The notes beneath the pieces are model-generated. The model saw only the letters and a list, made by a program, of their open reading frames with translations. It had not been told where the DNA came from and ran no database searches. 32,000 nucleotides of DNA from Haloferax volcanii DS2. GTDB lineage: Archaea; Halobacteriota; Halobacteria; Halobacteriales; Haloferacaceae. The translations under genes and the position numbers were made by a program. The DNA is taken from positions 960,001 through 992,000 of the forward strand of contig NC_013967.1 in NCBI RefSeq assembly GCF_000025685.1, read 5' to 3'. Position 1 is the first letter of the stretch. Each line of letters starts with the position of its first letter. This document shows positions 9,459 through 18,507 of this stretch, in pieces.

Positions 9459-10238
9459 ATGAGTCAGACGACTCCACGAGACGCGCTCGTCGTCGGCGGC
9501 GGCGTCGCCGGCCTCACCGCCGCGACGTTCCTCGCGCGCGCCGACCTCGACACCCTCGTCGTCAACGACGGCGAGCCAATCGTTCGCCGGAACGCCCACC
9601 TCGAAAACGTCCCCGGCTTCCCGGCGGGCGTCAACAGTCGGCTGTTTACCGACCTCCTCTCCGAGCAGGCCGACCGTAACGGCGCGGGCCGACTGACCGG
9701 CCGCGTGACCGACCTCGACGTGCTCGGTGACGACGAGGACCCGCTGTTCCGGGCGACCGTCGAGACCGACGACGGCGAAGAGACCGTCGAGGTGTCCCGG
9801 GTCGTCGCGGCCTCGTGGTCCGACGCCTCGTATCTCGAAGACACGGGCGTCGACCTCCGGGCCGCCGGGTCGAAAACCTACGTCGGCGTGGACGACCTCG
9901 GCCGGACCGACGTCCCCGGCATCTACGCCGCGGGTCGGCTGACCGAGATTTACCATCAGGCGGTCGTCGCCGCCGGCGACGCCGCGGAGACGGCCATCAC
10001 GCTGGTCCACGACTCGGGGACGGCGTTCTACAACGACTGGGTCGCGCCGACCGGCTACTTCACCGACCGCGGCCGCGAGGTGCCGCCGGCCTGCGAGGAG
10101 ATAGACGCCGACGAGCGCGCCCACCGCGAGCGCGAGTCCCGCGAGGTCATGCGCGAGTTCTTCGCCGAGCCGCACGACGAGCCCCAGCGCACCCACCCGA
10201 GCCTCGTCGACGACGAACTCGGGCGACTCGACGAGTAA
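9459..10238 (+). CDS. FAD-dependent oxidoreductase, thioredoxin-reductase-like, no CxxC visible
   Basis: 259 aa. DALVVGGGVAGLTAATFLAR dinucleotide-binding GxGxxG motif and a C-terminal GIYAAGRLT...QAVVAAGDAAETA motif of the TrxB-like fold. There is no redox CxxC pair, and the tail is acidic. Confidence 0.75.
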   Translation: MSQTTPRDALVVGGGVAGLTAATFLARADLDTLVVNDGEPIVRRNAHLENVPGFPAGVNSRLFTDLLSEQADRNGAGRLTGRVTDLDVLGDDEDPLFRATVETDDGEETVEVSRVVAASWSDASYLEDTGVDLRAAGSKTYVGVDDLGRTDVPGIYAAGRLTEIYHQAVVAAGDAAETAITLVHDSGTAFYNDWVAPTGYFTDRGREVPPACEEIDADERAHRERESREVMREFFAEPHDEPQRTHPSLVDDELGRLDE

Positions 10239-10298
10239 CACCCACGCACACCGCGGGCGGACCGCCCGTCGGTCCCACGGTCGCCCGCGGACGCGAAT

Positions 10299-10307
10299 CC
10301 TTTTAGC
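10299..10307 (+). promoter_or_regulatory. TATA-like box (CCTTTTAGC) upstream of coaBC
   Basis: Only AT-rich element in a GC-rich spacer. It lies about 26-34 nt upstream of the ATG at 10333, the geometry expected for a leaderless haloarchaeal mRNA. Confidence 0.4.
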
Positions 10308-10332
10308 GGGTCGCGGGCGCAGAGACGAGTGA

Positions 10333-11493
10333 ATGCTCGAAGGTGTGAACGTCGCGCTCGGGGTGACGGGGAGTATCGCGGCCGTGAAAGTCGTCGAGTT
10401 GGCGCACGAACTCCGCCGCCGGGGCGCGTCGGTCCGCGCGGTGATGACCGACGCCGCGACGGGAATCATCCACCCGTGGGCGGTCGAGTTCGCCACCGAC
10501 GACGACGCGGTGACCGAGATTACCGGCCGCGTCGAACACGTCGACCTCTGCGGCCGCGACGGCTGGGCCGACGTGTTCCTCGTCGCGCCCGCGACGGCCA
10601 ACACGGTCGGCAAGATAGCGGCCGCCATCGACGACTCTCCGGTGACGACCACCGCGACCACCGCCCTCGGGGCGGGCGTTCCGGTCGTCGTCGCGCCCGC
10701 GATGCACGAACCCATGTACGACCACCCCGGCGTCCTCGACGCCATCGAGCGGGTGCGGTCGTGGGGCGTCGAGTTCGTCGACCCCCGCATCGAGGAAGGA
10801 AAGGCGAAAATCGCCACCGAGGAGGCCATCGTCACCGGCGTGGCCAAAGCGACGACCGACCAGACGCTCGCCGGAACATCCGTCGTCGTCACCGCCGGCG
10901 CGACGACCGAGTCCATCGACCCAATCCGCACGCTCTCGAATCGCGCCTCCGGTCGCACGGGCCGCGCCGTCGCCCGCGCGCTCGCGGTTCGCGGCGCGGA
11001 CGTGACGCTCGTCCACGACGGCGACGACGCGCACTACGCCGACGTGCTCGCCGTCGAGTCGGCCGCCGAGATGCTGGACGCCGTCGAGGCCGCGGTCGAC
11101 GCCGACGCCGACGCGCTCGTCTCCGCGGCCGCCATCTCGGATTTCACCGTCGAGGCGGCCGACCAGAAGATTCGCTCCGGCGAGGCGCGCACGCTCGACC
11201 TCGAACCCGCGCCGAAGCTCATCGACACCGTCCGCGAGTCGCACCCGGACCTCCCCATCGTCGGCTTCAAGGCCGAGACGACCGGCGACGACGAGGCGAT
11301 GGCCGGCGAGGCCCGCCGCATCATGGACCGCGTCGGCCTCGCCTTCGTCGTCGCCAACGACGCCTCCGTGATGGGCGACTCGGAGACCCGCGCGCTCGTC
11401 GTCCGCGCCGACGAGACGAGCGAGTACGTCGGGTCGAAAGGCGGACTGGGCGCTCGCGTCGCTGCCGAACTGGCGACCGAGTTGGAAAAATAG
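10333..11493 (+). CDS. coaBC: Bifunctional phosphopantothenoylcysteine decarboxylase / phosphopantothenate-cysteine ligase
   Basis: 386 aa. N-terminal flavoprotein domain (VALGVTGSIAAVKVVEL..., PATANTVGKIAAAIDD) and C-terminal DFP/CoaB domain (VVVTAGATTESIDPIRTLSNRASGRTG, AAAISDF). Confidence 0.92.
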   Translation: MLEGVNVALGVTGSIAAVKVVELAHELRRRGASVRAVMTDAATGIIHPWAVEFATDDDAVTEITGRVEHVDLCGRDGWADVFLVAPATANTVGKIAAAIDDSPVTTTATTALGAGVPVVVAPAMHEPMYDHPGVLDAIERVRSWGVEFVDPRIEEGKAKIATEEAIVTGVAKATTDQTLAGTSVVVTAGATTESIDPIRTLSNRASGRTGRAVARALAVRGADVTLVHDGDDAHYADVLAVESAAEMLDAVEAAVDADADALVSAAAISDFTVEAADQKIRSGEARTLDLEPAPKLIDTVRESHPDLPIVGFKAETTGDDEAMAGEARRIMDRVGLAFVVANDASVMGDSETRALVVRADETSEYVGSKGGLGARVAAELATELEK

Positions 11494-11508
11494 GCCCTCG
11501 GCGGGTCG

Positions 11509-11904
11509 TCAGTCGTCGCCGTCCGCGCCGTCGGCGTCGGCCGACGCGACCTGCTTGGGCCACGTGACCCCGTCGAGGAACGGGACGCCCATGCGCTGGG
11601 CGGCCTGCGAAATCATGTGCGCGCCCGTCGGCGCGGTGAGGAACAGGAACAACACCGTGACGAGCGCCATCAGTCCGTCCCCGTGGGGAAGGTAGTACAC
11701 CGTCGCGGCGAGCGCGATGGACGCCGCCCCCAGCGTGGTCGCCTTCGAGGTGGCGTGCATCCGGTTGTAGACGTTGGGGAACCGGAGCAGACCGATGGTC
11801 CCGACGACGAGGAAGAAACTCCCCACGAGCGTCAGGAGGATGACGAGCGCCGCGCGGACGGGACCGACCGTCGTCGCGGCAGCTGCGGTCTCTGCGGCGG
11901 TCAT
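11509..11904 (-). CDS. mrpG: Na+/H+ antiporter Mrp/Mnh subunit G
   Basis: 131 aa. GTIGLLRFPNVYNRMHATSKATTLG is the MnhG/PhaG signature. Its ATG overlaps the mrpF stop (ATGA at 11901-11904). Confidence 0.9.
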   Translation of the reverse strand: MTAAETAAAATTVGPVRAALVILLTLVGSFFLVVGTIGLLRFPNVYNRMHATSKATTLGAASIALAATVYYLPHGDGLMALVTVLFLFLTAPTGAHMISQAAQRMGVPFLDGVTWPKQVASADADGADGDD

Positions 11905-12194
11905 TCGATGATGTCCCCCTCCGTGACGTACCGAGCCACGGTAATCGTGCTGATGAAGCCGATGATGGCGAGCACGAGACTGACGCCGACGAAGTAACCC
12001 TGTTGGCTCCAGATGGCGTACAGCGCCGCGATGGCGACGACGTTCGTCCCGATGGTGTCGAGCGCGACGACGCGGTCGGGCACCGTCGGCCCGCGGATGA
12101 CGCGGTAGCTCACGAGGAGCGTCAGCCCCGCGGCGAGCGCGAGGCCGACGAAGAGCACGGAGTCCATCCAGGCGAGGTACACGGGCTCAGCCAT
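11901..12194 (-). CDS. mrpF: Na+/H+ antiporter Mrp/Mnh subunit F
   Basis: Small three-TM protein, ...VSYRVIRGPTVPDRVVALDTIGTNVVAI... (MnhF motif). The track starts at GTG 12203. The ATG at the complement of 12192-12194 is preceded by GGAGGTGA, a Shine-Dalgarno-like match to the haloarchaeal 16S 3' end as I recall it, so I prefer it. Confidence 0.85.
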   Translation of the reverse strand: MAEPVYLAWMDSVLFVGLALAAGLTLLVSYRVIRGPTVPDRVVALDTIGTNVVAIAALYAIWSQQGYFVGVSLVLAIIGFISTITVARYVTEGDIIE

Positions 12195-12789
12195 GTTGTT
12201 CACCTCCCGTCGCGGCGGCGGGCGCGTCGCCGCCGTCCGCGGGACCCCCCTCGACTTGCGGCGCGGGGTCGCCCGGTTTCAGTTCTTCGTCGAAGATGAC
12301 GAGCGCGTAGTCCTCCCAGCGGCGGATGGGTTTGAGGATGCCGTCGGGGTCGCTCCCGTCGATGCTGTGCACGTACAGCGAGTTGGTTTCGTCGTCGTAG
12401 TCCATGGTCAGCGTCCCCGGAGTGAGGGTGATACTGTTCGCGATAGTCGTGATGGCGAGCGGCGTCCGCACGCGGAGCGGCACCTCGACCACGGCGGGGT
12501 CGATGGGCATCGACGGCGACAGCGTCCGCACCGCCACGTCGACGTTGGCCGTGAGGAGTTCCCAGAGGAACGTCGCGAGGTACAGCGCCGCGTAGGGCGC
12601 GACGCGGAGGCTCCGCGCGATGGGTGCTTCGTCCCCGTAGAACCGCCGGAAGAAGAAGGCGATGCCCATCCCGACGCCGAGGCCGATGATGAACTCCTCC
12701 AGCAGGCGCTGCGGCGTCAGTTCGACGCCGCGGACGAACAGCCAGAGGACGGCCATGACGAGCCCCGAAACCGGCCAGCGGCGGCTCAT
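12187..12789 (-). CDS. mrpE: Na+/H+ antiporter Mrp/Mnh subunit E
   Basis: 200 aa. Two N-terminal TM helices followed by a soluble domain. Position between mrpD and mrpF. Its ATG overlaps the mrpD stop by 1 nt (TGATG). Confidence 0.85.
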   Translation of the reverse strand: MSRRWPVSGLVMAVLWLFVRGVELTPQRLLEEFIIGLGVGMGIAFFFRRFYGDEAPIARSLRVAPYAALYLATFLWELLTANVDVAVRTLSPSMPIDPAVVEVPLRVRTPLAITTIANSITLTPGTLTMDYDDETNSLYVHSIDGSDPDGILKPIRRWEDYALVIFDEELKPGDPAPQVEGGPADGGDAPAAATGGEQHG

Positions 12790-14486
12790 CAGTGGCCACC
12801 CCCGCCGGATTCGAAGCCGACGCCCGGACCGTGCAGCACGGCGTCGACGTAGCCGTTCGTGTCGACGGCGGCGCGGGCCGCGGCGTCGGCCGCGCCGAAC
12901 AGCGCTTCGAAGCCGATACCGAAGCCGATGGCGGCGACGGCGAGTGCGACGACGACGGTCACCTGCGTGGTGAGTTCGAGCCGTTTGAGGCCGTCGTCAC
13001 CGCCGTCGGTCATCGCCACGTCGCCGGAGCCGACCGACCAGCGCTCGGGGAGCGCGGCGTCGACGAGGTCGCTCGGGCGACCCCAGAACACCGCGTTCCA
13101 CGCGCGGGTGTAGTAGGCGATAGTCAGAATTGCGCCGGCGAGCGCGACGGCGAGCGCGAGTCCCGCGCCGGCCCCGCCCGCGGCGAACGACTCCGCGGCC
13201 GCCTGGAAGACGAGATACTTCCCGAAGAAGCCCGACAGCGGCGGGACGCCGATGAGCGTCAGCGCGCCGAGCAGGAAGCCCGCCGCGAGCACCGGCGCCC
13301 TGTCGGCGAGGCCGCCGAGGTCGGACAGGCGGTCGCTGCCGACGACGTCTTTGAGCGTGCCGCTCGCGAGGAACAGCAGGCTCTTGGCGAGACCGTGGTT
13401 GAACGCGTAGACCAGCGCGGCGGTCACGCCGAGCACGCGAACCGCCTCGGACGGCGCGGTGGCGGCCACCGCCAGCGGGAGGACGATAAAGCCCACCTGA
13501 CTGATGGAGGAGTACGCGAGGATGCCGTCCACGTCGTCGCGGCCGACCGCGCCGATGCCGCCGAGGACGATGCTGACCGCGGCCATGACGAACATGACCG
13601 GGCCGAAGAAGCCGAGGAACGACTCCCCGGTGATGCCGAGGAAGCCGATGTCGATGGACGCCGCGGCGAAGATGGTGAAGTAGAGCCGAACGATGGCGTA
13701 GATGCCGACCTTCTTCACGACGCCGGCGAGCATCGCGGTCACCGGCGACGGCGCGGCGCGGTAGGCCGCGGGAACCCAGAACTGGAAGGGCGCGAGGCCG
13801 GCCTTCAGCGCGAACACCGAAAACAGCACCGCCGACAGGCCGAGCGTCGGCAGGAGTTCGATGTCGTAGGCGGCGGGTTCGGCCAGTCGCCGGGCGATAT
13901 CGGCCATGTTGAGCGTCCCGGTCGTGCTGTATAGACCGCCGATGGCGACGAGCATCACCGCGCTCCCGATGAGGTTGAGCACGACGTAGTTGAGCGCCGC
14001 GCGGGTGTGCTCGCGACCGGAGTAAAACAGCACGAGGATGTAGCTCGACATGAGCATCACCTCGAACCAGACGAACAGGTTGAAGATGTCGCCGGTGAGG
14101 AACGAGCCGGTGACGCCGACTACCATAAAGTGAAACAGCGTGTGGTAGCTGAGGCGCTGGCCGAACGAGCCGACCGACGCGACCGAGTAGCTGAGCGTCA
14201 GGAGCGACACGAAGCCGGTGAGCGCCAACAGGAACGCCGACAGGGCGTCGGCGACGAGCGTGATGCCGAACGGCGCGGCCCAGTTCGACACCTGATAGAC
14301 GAGCGTGGTCGACTCGCCGCCGAGCGGCAGGACTACGGCGTCGAACAGGGCGGCGACGGCGACGAGATAGGCGACGCCGCCGAGCAGGCTGACTGTCCGT
14401 TGGAGTATGTCGCTCGGGCGCGTGAGCAGCGTCAGAATCGCCGTCACGAGCGCCACGAGGAGCGGTGCGATGACGAGCGTGCTCAT
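12789..14486 (-). CDS. mrpD: Na+/H+ antiporter Mrp subunit D (NuoN/NuoM-like proton-translocating subunit)
   Basis: 565 aa polytopic protein with NADH-quinone oxidoreductase chain M/N-type motifs (FNLFVWFEVMLMSSYILV, WVPAAYRAAPSPVTAMLAGVVKKVG). Confidence 0.92.
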   Translation of the reverse strand: MSTLVIAPLLVALVTAILTLLTRPSDILQRTVSLLGGVAYLVAVAALFDAVVLPLGGESTTLVYQVSNWAAPFGITLVADALSAFLLALTGFVSLLTLSYSVASVGSFGQRLSYHTLFHFMVVGVTGSFLTGDIFNLFVWFEVMLMSSYILVLFYSGREHTRAALNYVVLNLIGSAVMLVAIGGLYSTTGTLNMADIARRLAEPAAYDIELLPTLGLSAVLFSVFALKAGLAPFQFWVPAAYRAAPSPVTAMLAGVVKKVGIYAIVRLYFTIFAAASIDIGFLGITGESFLGFFGPVMFVMAAVSIVLGGIGAVGRDDVDGILAYSSISQVGFIVLPLAVAATAPSEAVRVLGVTAALVYAFNHGLAKSLLFLASGTLKDVVGSDRLSDLGGLADRAPVLAAGFLLGALTLIGVPPLSGFFGKYLVFQAAAESFAAGGAGAGLALAVALAGAILTIAYYTRAWNAVFWGRPSDLVDAALPERWSVGSGDVAMTDGGDDGLKRLELTTQVTVVVALAVAAIGFGIGFEALFGAADAAARAAVDTNGYVDAVLHGPGVGFESGGGGH

Positions 14487-14824
14487 CTGCTCCCTCCGAG
14501 TTCGTACATGTCGATTGTTCCGTGTTCCTCGTACACCCGGTAGGTCAACACGAGCGCGAGCGCGGTCGTCCCGAAGCCGATGACGATGGCGGTGAGGACG
14601 AGCGCCTGCACGATGGGGTCCGAGGGCGCGGGCCCGCTCGCGCCGTGGCCCGAGAGGATGGGCGCGAGGCCGTCGAATCCGCCCATGGTGACGAGGTAGA
14701 CGTTGGCCGATTGGCTGATGATGCTGATACCCCAGACGACGCGAACCACGTCGCGTCGGAGCACGAGGTACGTGCCGATGCTGAACAGGACGCCGAGCGT
14801 GGCGGCGAGGAAGAACTGGGTCAT
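14483..14824 (-). CDS. mrpC: Na+/H+ antiporter Mrp subunit C (NuoK-like)
   Basis: 113 aa, three TM helices, ...QALVLTAIVIGFGTTALALVL... ATGA overlaps at both ends. Confidence 0.9.
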   Translation of the reverse strand: MTQFFLAATLGVLFSIGTYLVLRRDVVRVVWGISIISQSANVYLVTMGGFDGLAPILSGHGASGPAPSDPIVQALVLTAIVIGFGTTALALVLTYRVYEEHGTIDMYELGGSR

Positions 14825-15294
14825 TCGTTACCGACCTCCGCGACGATGGTGAGCAGGCCGCCGACGACGGCGAAGAAGACGCCGAGGTCGAAGGCGAACG
14901 CGCTCGCGACTTCGAGCTCGCCGTAGAGGGGCAGGTGCTCCAAGAAGAGCACGCCCTGCGTCAGGAACGGCGCGCCGAACGCGAGCGGGGCGAGGCTGGA
15001 CCCCACGGCGATTGCGAGGCCGAGGGAGGCCATCCAGCGGTAGGTCTCGACGAGTCGGTGTTGCTCCGAGCCGTCGGGTTTGATGGCGAGCACCTCGCGC
15101 TGGATGAACTCCAGCCCGAAGATGATGTAGACGAGTGCGAAGGCGGCGGCCGCGAGGACGGCCCCGATGAAGCCGCCGCCGGGGAGGTTGTGCCCGCGGA
15201 ACAGCAGCGCGATGGCCGTCACCAGGATGATGGGGACGACGATGCGCGCGACGGTCCGCGAGATGACGGTCGTCCGGCCGGACGAGCCGTTCAT
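14821..15294 (-). CDS. mrpB: Na+/H+ antiporter Mrp subunit B
   Basis: 157 aa. NLPGGGFIGA motif typical of the MnhB domain. ATGA overlap with mrpA. Confidence 0.88.
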   Translation of the reverse strand: MNGSSGRTTVISRTVARIVVPIILVTAIALLFRGHNLPGGGFIGAVLAAAAFALVYIIFGLEFIQREVLAIKPDGSEQHRLVETYRWMASLGLAIAVGSSLAPLAFGAPFLTQGVLFLEHLPLYGELEVASAFAFDLGVFFAVVGGLLTIVAEVGNE

Positions 15295-17735
15295 TGGGTC
15301 TCACCCCGCGTTCGCATGCGAATCAGCGTCAGGATGGCGAGCGACGCCATCACGACGACCGAAATCTCGCCCATGGTGTCGATGCCACGGAAGTCGACGA
15401 GGATGACGTTGACGATGTTCGAGCCGCCGCCGTAGTCCGCGAAGAACGGCCCGTGTTCCGCCGGAACGCCCGCCCGTGCCACGAAGAACTCCTGTAAGAG
15501 CGGGTCGGGCGAGGCGTCCGTCGACAGCAGCACGGTGAGAAACACCGTGCCGCCGACGGCCAGCGACAGCAGACCGTCGCGGACGGAGACGAGTCGGTCC
15601 GGCGCGTCGCCGTAGAACGCCGGCAGGCGGTCCAAGACGAGCAGGAAGATGACCAACACGAGCGTCTCGACGACCAGTTGGGTCAACGCGAGGTCGGGCG
15701 CGTCCGCGAGGATGTAGAAGATGGCGACCATGAAGCCGACGATAGACAGCGTCAGGACGCCCGCCACGTGCGACGGCGCGACGTCGACCGCGAAGGCGGC
15801 GACGAGCGCGACGAGCAACACGAGGACGATGGGAATCGAGACGCTGAGTGTACTGAATCCGGGCATGGAGACGCCGGCGGCCGCGTAGCCGCCGAGCGCG
15901 AGCGCGACGAAGCCGAAGAGGCCCCACGTCGCGTAGGTGCGCAGGAGGCCGGTCTGAATCTTCGGCGTGACGGCGACGCTCGTCGTGGTCAGCCCCTCGA
16001 CGAAGTTGTCGTACCACCAGTTCGCGCGGACGGGGCCGCGCAGGGCCGCGTTGATGGCGTCGTGGATGCGGTCGTAGAACGGGAAGGCGGCCGCACCGAC
16101 GACGATGGTGATGAGACTCATAATCACGTACGGGGTGAGTTCGGTCGGGAAGTGGACCGAAAAGGAGTGGGCCTCGCCGGGCACGACGCTGCCGTACACG
16201 TCGCCGATGAGCCCCTCGATAAAGAGGTTCGGCTGGGCCGAGATGGCGAGGACGAGCGCGCCGAGAATCGCCGGCGGGACGAGCATCGCCGCGGGCGGGC
16301 GGTGGACGTGACCCAGGCCGTCGGGTTCGTCGCCGAAGAACAGCGAGGCGAACTTGATGGAGTAGAGGAACGTGAAGACGCTCCCGAACACCGCGACGAC
16401 GGGGAAAATCCACGCGACGCCGCCCATGTGTTCGGCGGCGTAGTACGTCGACTCGAACAGCAGTTCCTTCGAGTAGAAGCCGTTGAACGGCGGGAAGCCG
16501 GCCATCGACAGCGACGCGACGACCGCGATGACGGCCGTCACGGGCAGGTGTTTTCGGAGCCCGCCGAGGCGGTCGATGTTCCGGGTTCCGGCCTCGTGGG
16601 CGATGATGCCCGCGACCATGAACAGCGCGGCCTTGAAGCTCGCGTGGTTCAGGATGTGGAACGCGCCGGCCTCCGCGCCGTAGCTGTTGGCGAAGCCGAA
16701 GGCGGCGATGATGAGGCCGAGGTGCGAGGCCGTCGAGTACGCGAGCAGTTCCTTGATGTCGGTCGCGCTCACCGCGAGCATGGCCGCGACGGTCATCGTC
16801 AACAGGCCGAGCACGGCGAAGATGAGCGTCCATTCACCGAGCACCGCCGCGTCCTCGGGGAGGAAAAGCGGGCGGAATCGGCCGACGAGGTAGACGCCGG
16901 CTTTGACCATCGTCGCGGAGTGGAGGAACGCCGAGACCGGCGTCGGTGCCTCCATCGCGTTGGGAAGCCAGACGTGGAACGGGACCTGCGCGGACTTCGT
17001 CGCCGCGCCGAGGCCGACGAGGACGAGCACGGGGACGAGCAGGCCGGAGGCCGTCAGGACCTCGCGAATCGCGTCCGCGTGTTCGACCAAAACCGGGATG
17101 CTGTACGTCGTTCCCTCGATGGCTCCCGTCTGGCCGGACGCCCAGACGAGAAGCAGGAAGCCGACCAGCATGAACAGGCCGCCGGAGACGGTGATGAGCA
17201 TCGACTTCCGGGCGGCGTACTGGGAGGCCTTCTCCCCGGTGTAGTGGCCGATGAGGATGAACGACGAGAGGCTCGTCAGCTCCCAGAAGACGAACAGGGC
17301 GACGAGGTCGCCCGCGAGGGCGACGCCGAGCATCGAGCCCATGAACGCCAACAGGGTCGCGTAGTATTTCGCCTGGCCCGGTTCGCCGTGCATGTATCCT
17401 CCGGAGTACGTGAGGATGAGCACGCCGACGCCGCTGGCGAGGAAGGCGATGAGAAGCGCCAACCCGTCGACGTGAAACGCCAGCGAGATTCCGAGCGAGG
17501 GAATCCATTCGAGCGGCACGGTTCCGTGCGCCCCCGCGAGATACAGGTCCGTCACGAGGCCGAGCGTGACCAACGCGACGGCGGCCGCGAAGTACGCCGT
17601 GCGCTCACCGAAGAGCCGGTAGACTACCGGTGTGAACGCCGCGGCGAGAAACGGCAAGAAGACGACCGCGAGGACGACTTCCGGTGTGGGTTGCACGGGG
17701 GAAATTGCGGGAAGCGCCGACTTAGGTGTTGTCAA
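15291..17735 (-). CDS. mrpA: Na+/H+ antiporter Mrp subunit A (NuoL-like domain fused to a C-terminal MnhB-like domain)
   Basis: 814 aa. NuoL/ND5-type motifs (WELTSLSSFILIGH, HVWLPNAMEAPTPVSAFLHSATMVKAGVYL) and a C-terminal extension with further TM helices. The track start at 17735 is a TTG. An in-frame GTG at 17696 (MQPTPEVVLAVVFLPF...) is an alternative. Confidence 0.92.
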   Translation of the reverse strand: MTTPKSALPAISPVQPTPEVVLAVVFLPFLAAAFTPVVYRLFGERTAYFAAAVALVTLGLVTDLYLAGAHGTVPLEWIPSLGISLAFHVDGLALLIAFLASGVGVLILTYSGGYMHGEPGQAKYYATLLAFMGSMLGVALAGDLVALFVFWELTSLSSFILIGHYTGEKASQYAARKSMLITVSGGLFMLVGFLLLVWASGQTGAIEGTTYSIPVLVEHADAIREVLTASGLLVPVLVLVGLGAATKSAQVPFHVWLPNAMEAPTPVSAFLHSATMVKAGVYLVGRFRPLFLPEDAAVLGEWTLIFAVLGLLTMTVAAMLAVSATDIKELLAYSTASHLGLIIAAFGFANSYGAEAGAFHILNHASFKAALFMVAGIIAHEAGTRNIDRLGGLRKHLPVTAVIAVVASLSMAGFPPFNGFYSKELLFESTYYAAEHMGGVAWIFPVVAVFGSVFTFLYSIKFASLFFGDEPDGLGHVHRPPAAMLVPPAILGALVLAISAQPNLFIEGLIGDVYGSVVPGEAHSFSVHFPTELTPYVIMSLITIVVGAAAFPFYDRIHDAINAALRGPVRANWWYDNFVEGLTTTSVAVTPKIQTGLLRTYATWGLFGFVALALGGYAAAGVSMPGFSTLSVSIPIVLVLLVALVAAFAVDVAPSHVAGVLTLSIVGFMVAIFYILADAPDLALTQLVVETLVLVIFLLVLDRLPAFYGDAPDRLVSVRDGLLSLAVGGTVFLTVLLSTDASPDPLLQEFFVARAGVPAEHGPFFADYGGGSNIVNVILVDFRGIDTMGEISVVVMASLAILTLIRMRTRGETQ

Positions 17736-17935
17736 ACCCGTTGGCTGTTCGGCGTCGAAATCTGACGGTCGGTCGATTTATTCTACGTTTTCTGATTTTC
17801 ATGATTTTCTTTGGAGAATGAAATTTATATCCTTAGCCGACTGTACTACGTCTCAGAGTACATTCGTCCGTTCGAGAATATCACGGTCGCAGGGGCGCAA
17901 CTACTTTGTACGCTCATTCGGAGGCTTTCATCAGG
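17736..17935. promoter_or_regulatory. AT-rich divergent control region between mrpA and the ArsR-type regulator gene
   Basis: Visibly the most AT-rich 200 bp in the window. TATA-like elements at 17824-17830 (TTTATAT) and 17774-17784 (minus-strand AGAATAAATCG, about 40-50 nt from the mrpA start). GAGAAT occurs twice (17814-17819 and 17874-17879). Confidence 0.6.
17793..17809. repeat. Tandem direct repeat TGATTTTC-a-TGATTTTC (9-bp period), with a third GATTT at 17775-17779
   Basis: Read directly: tcTGATTTTCaTGATTTTCtt. Confidence 0.8.
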
Positions 17936-18274
17936 ATGGACGGACGTGTGTCGAGCGACGAACTCCTCGATATACTCGGAGACACCGAGTCCCGGGCGCT
18001 GCTCGTGGCGCTCCGCCGCGACTCTCGCACCGCGAAGGAACTCGGTGAGACGCTCGACCTCTCGCTTCCGACCGTGTACCGACGGCTCGACCGGCTGTGC
18101 GAGTGCGGCCTCGTCACCTCGACGACCGAGGTTCGCGACGACGGGACCCACTGCCGCCGCTACGAGTGCGACTTCGACGAGACGGTCGTCTCCCTTTCGG
18201 ACGAGGGGTTCCGGACCGAACCCCGCTCGACACCCCCGGTATCGGGCGATCAAGTCGAGTCAGAGAACAACTGA
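17936..18274 (+). CDS. ArsR-type winged helix-turn-helix transcription regulator
   Basis: MDGRVSSDELLDILGDTESRALLVALRRDSRTAKELGETLDLSLPTVYRRLDRLCECGLVTS... The pattern LxxLxxxxRxxIL...ELxxxLxxSxxTVYRRLxxL is a classic ArsR/HTH_20 helix-turn-helix. The track ORF begins at a TTG (17906); I prefer the ATG at 17936. Confidence 0.8.
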   Translation: MDGRVSSDELLDILGDTESRALLVALRRDSRTAKELGETLDLSLPTVYRRLDRLCECGLVTSTTEVRDDGTHCRRYECDFDETVVSLSDEGFRTEPRSTPPVSGDQVESENN

Positions 18275-18507
18275 CGACGCGGGGTCGAATCAATCATGGT
18301 TCCTCACGATATCCGGTGTCGCGTCGGAACACGCTCGACGTAGGTGGCCGAGAACAGCCTTCATACCCCGCGTAGCGCGCTGTTTTTCAACGAGCGAAAT
18401 TCCACCTCCACATTTATAGCAACAACTGACTATCTGAGATTCATGATACGTCCAGGCGCGCGCTCCGGGCAGGGAGACGCGCGGCGTCAGGGCAAGGGGG
18501 GAAACGA

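Noticed and set aside
15678-17765. 695-aa plus-strand ORF, plus several 60-510-aa ORFs in other frames across 15.3-17.7 kb
   Set aside because: All overlap mrpA, a clear NuoL-like membrane protein. Their translations are Arg/Asp/Glu/Gly-rich and non-membrane, so they are frame artefacts.
18281-18292. GGGGTCGAATCA resembling a tRNA T-arm/T-loop (GGTTCGAATCC)
   Set aside because: No acceptor stem, D-arm or anticodon arm can be built from the flanking sequence, and it begins only 7 nt after the ArsR-type gene's stop codon. It is a chance match.
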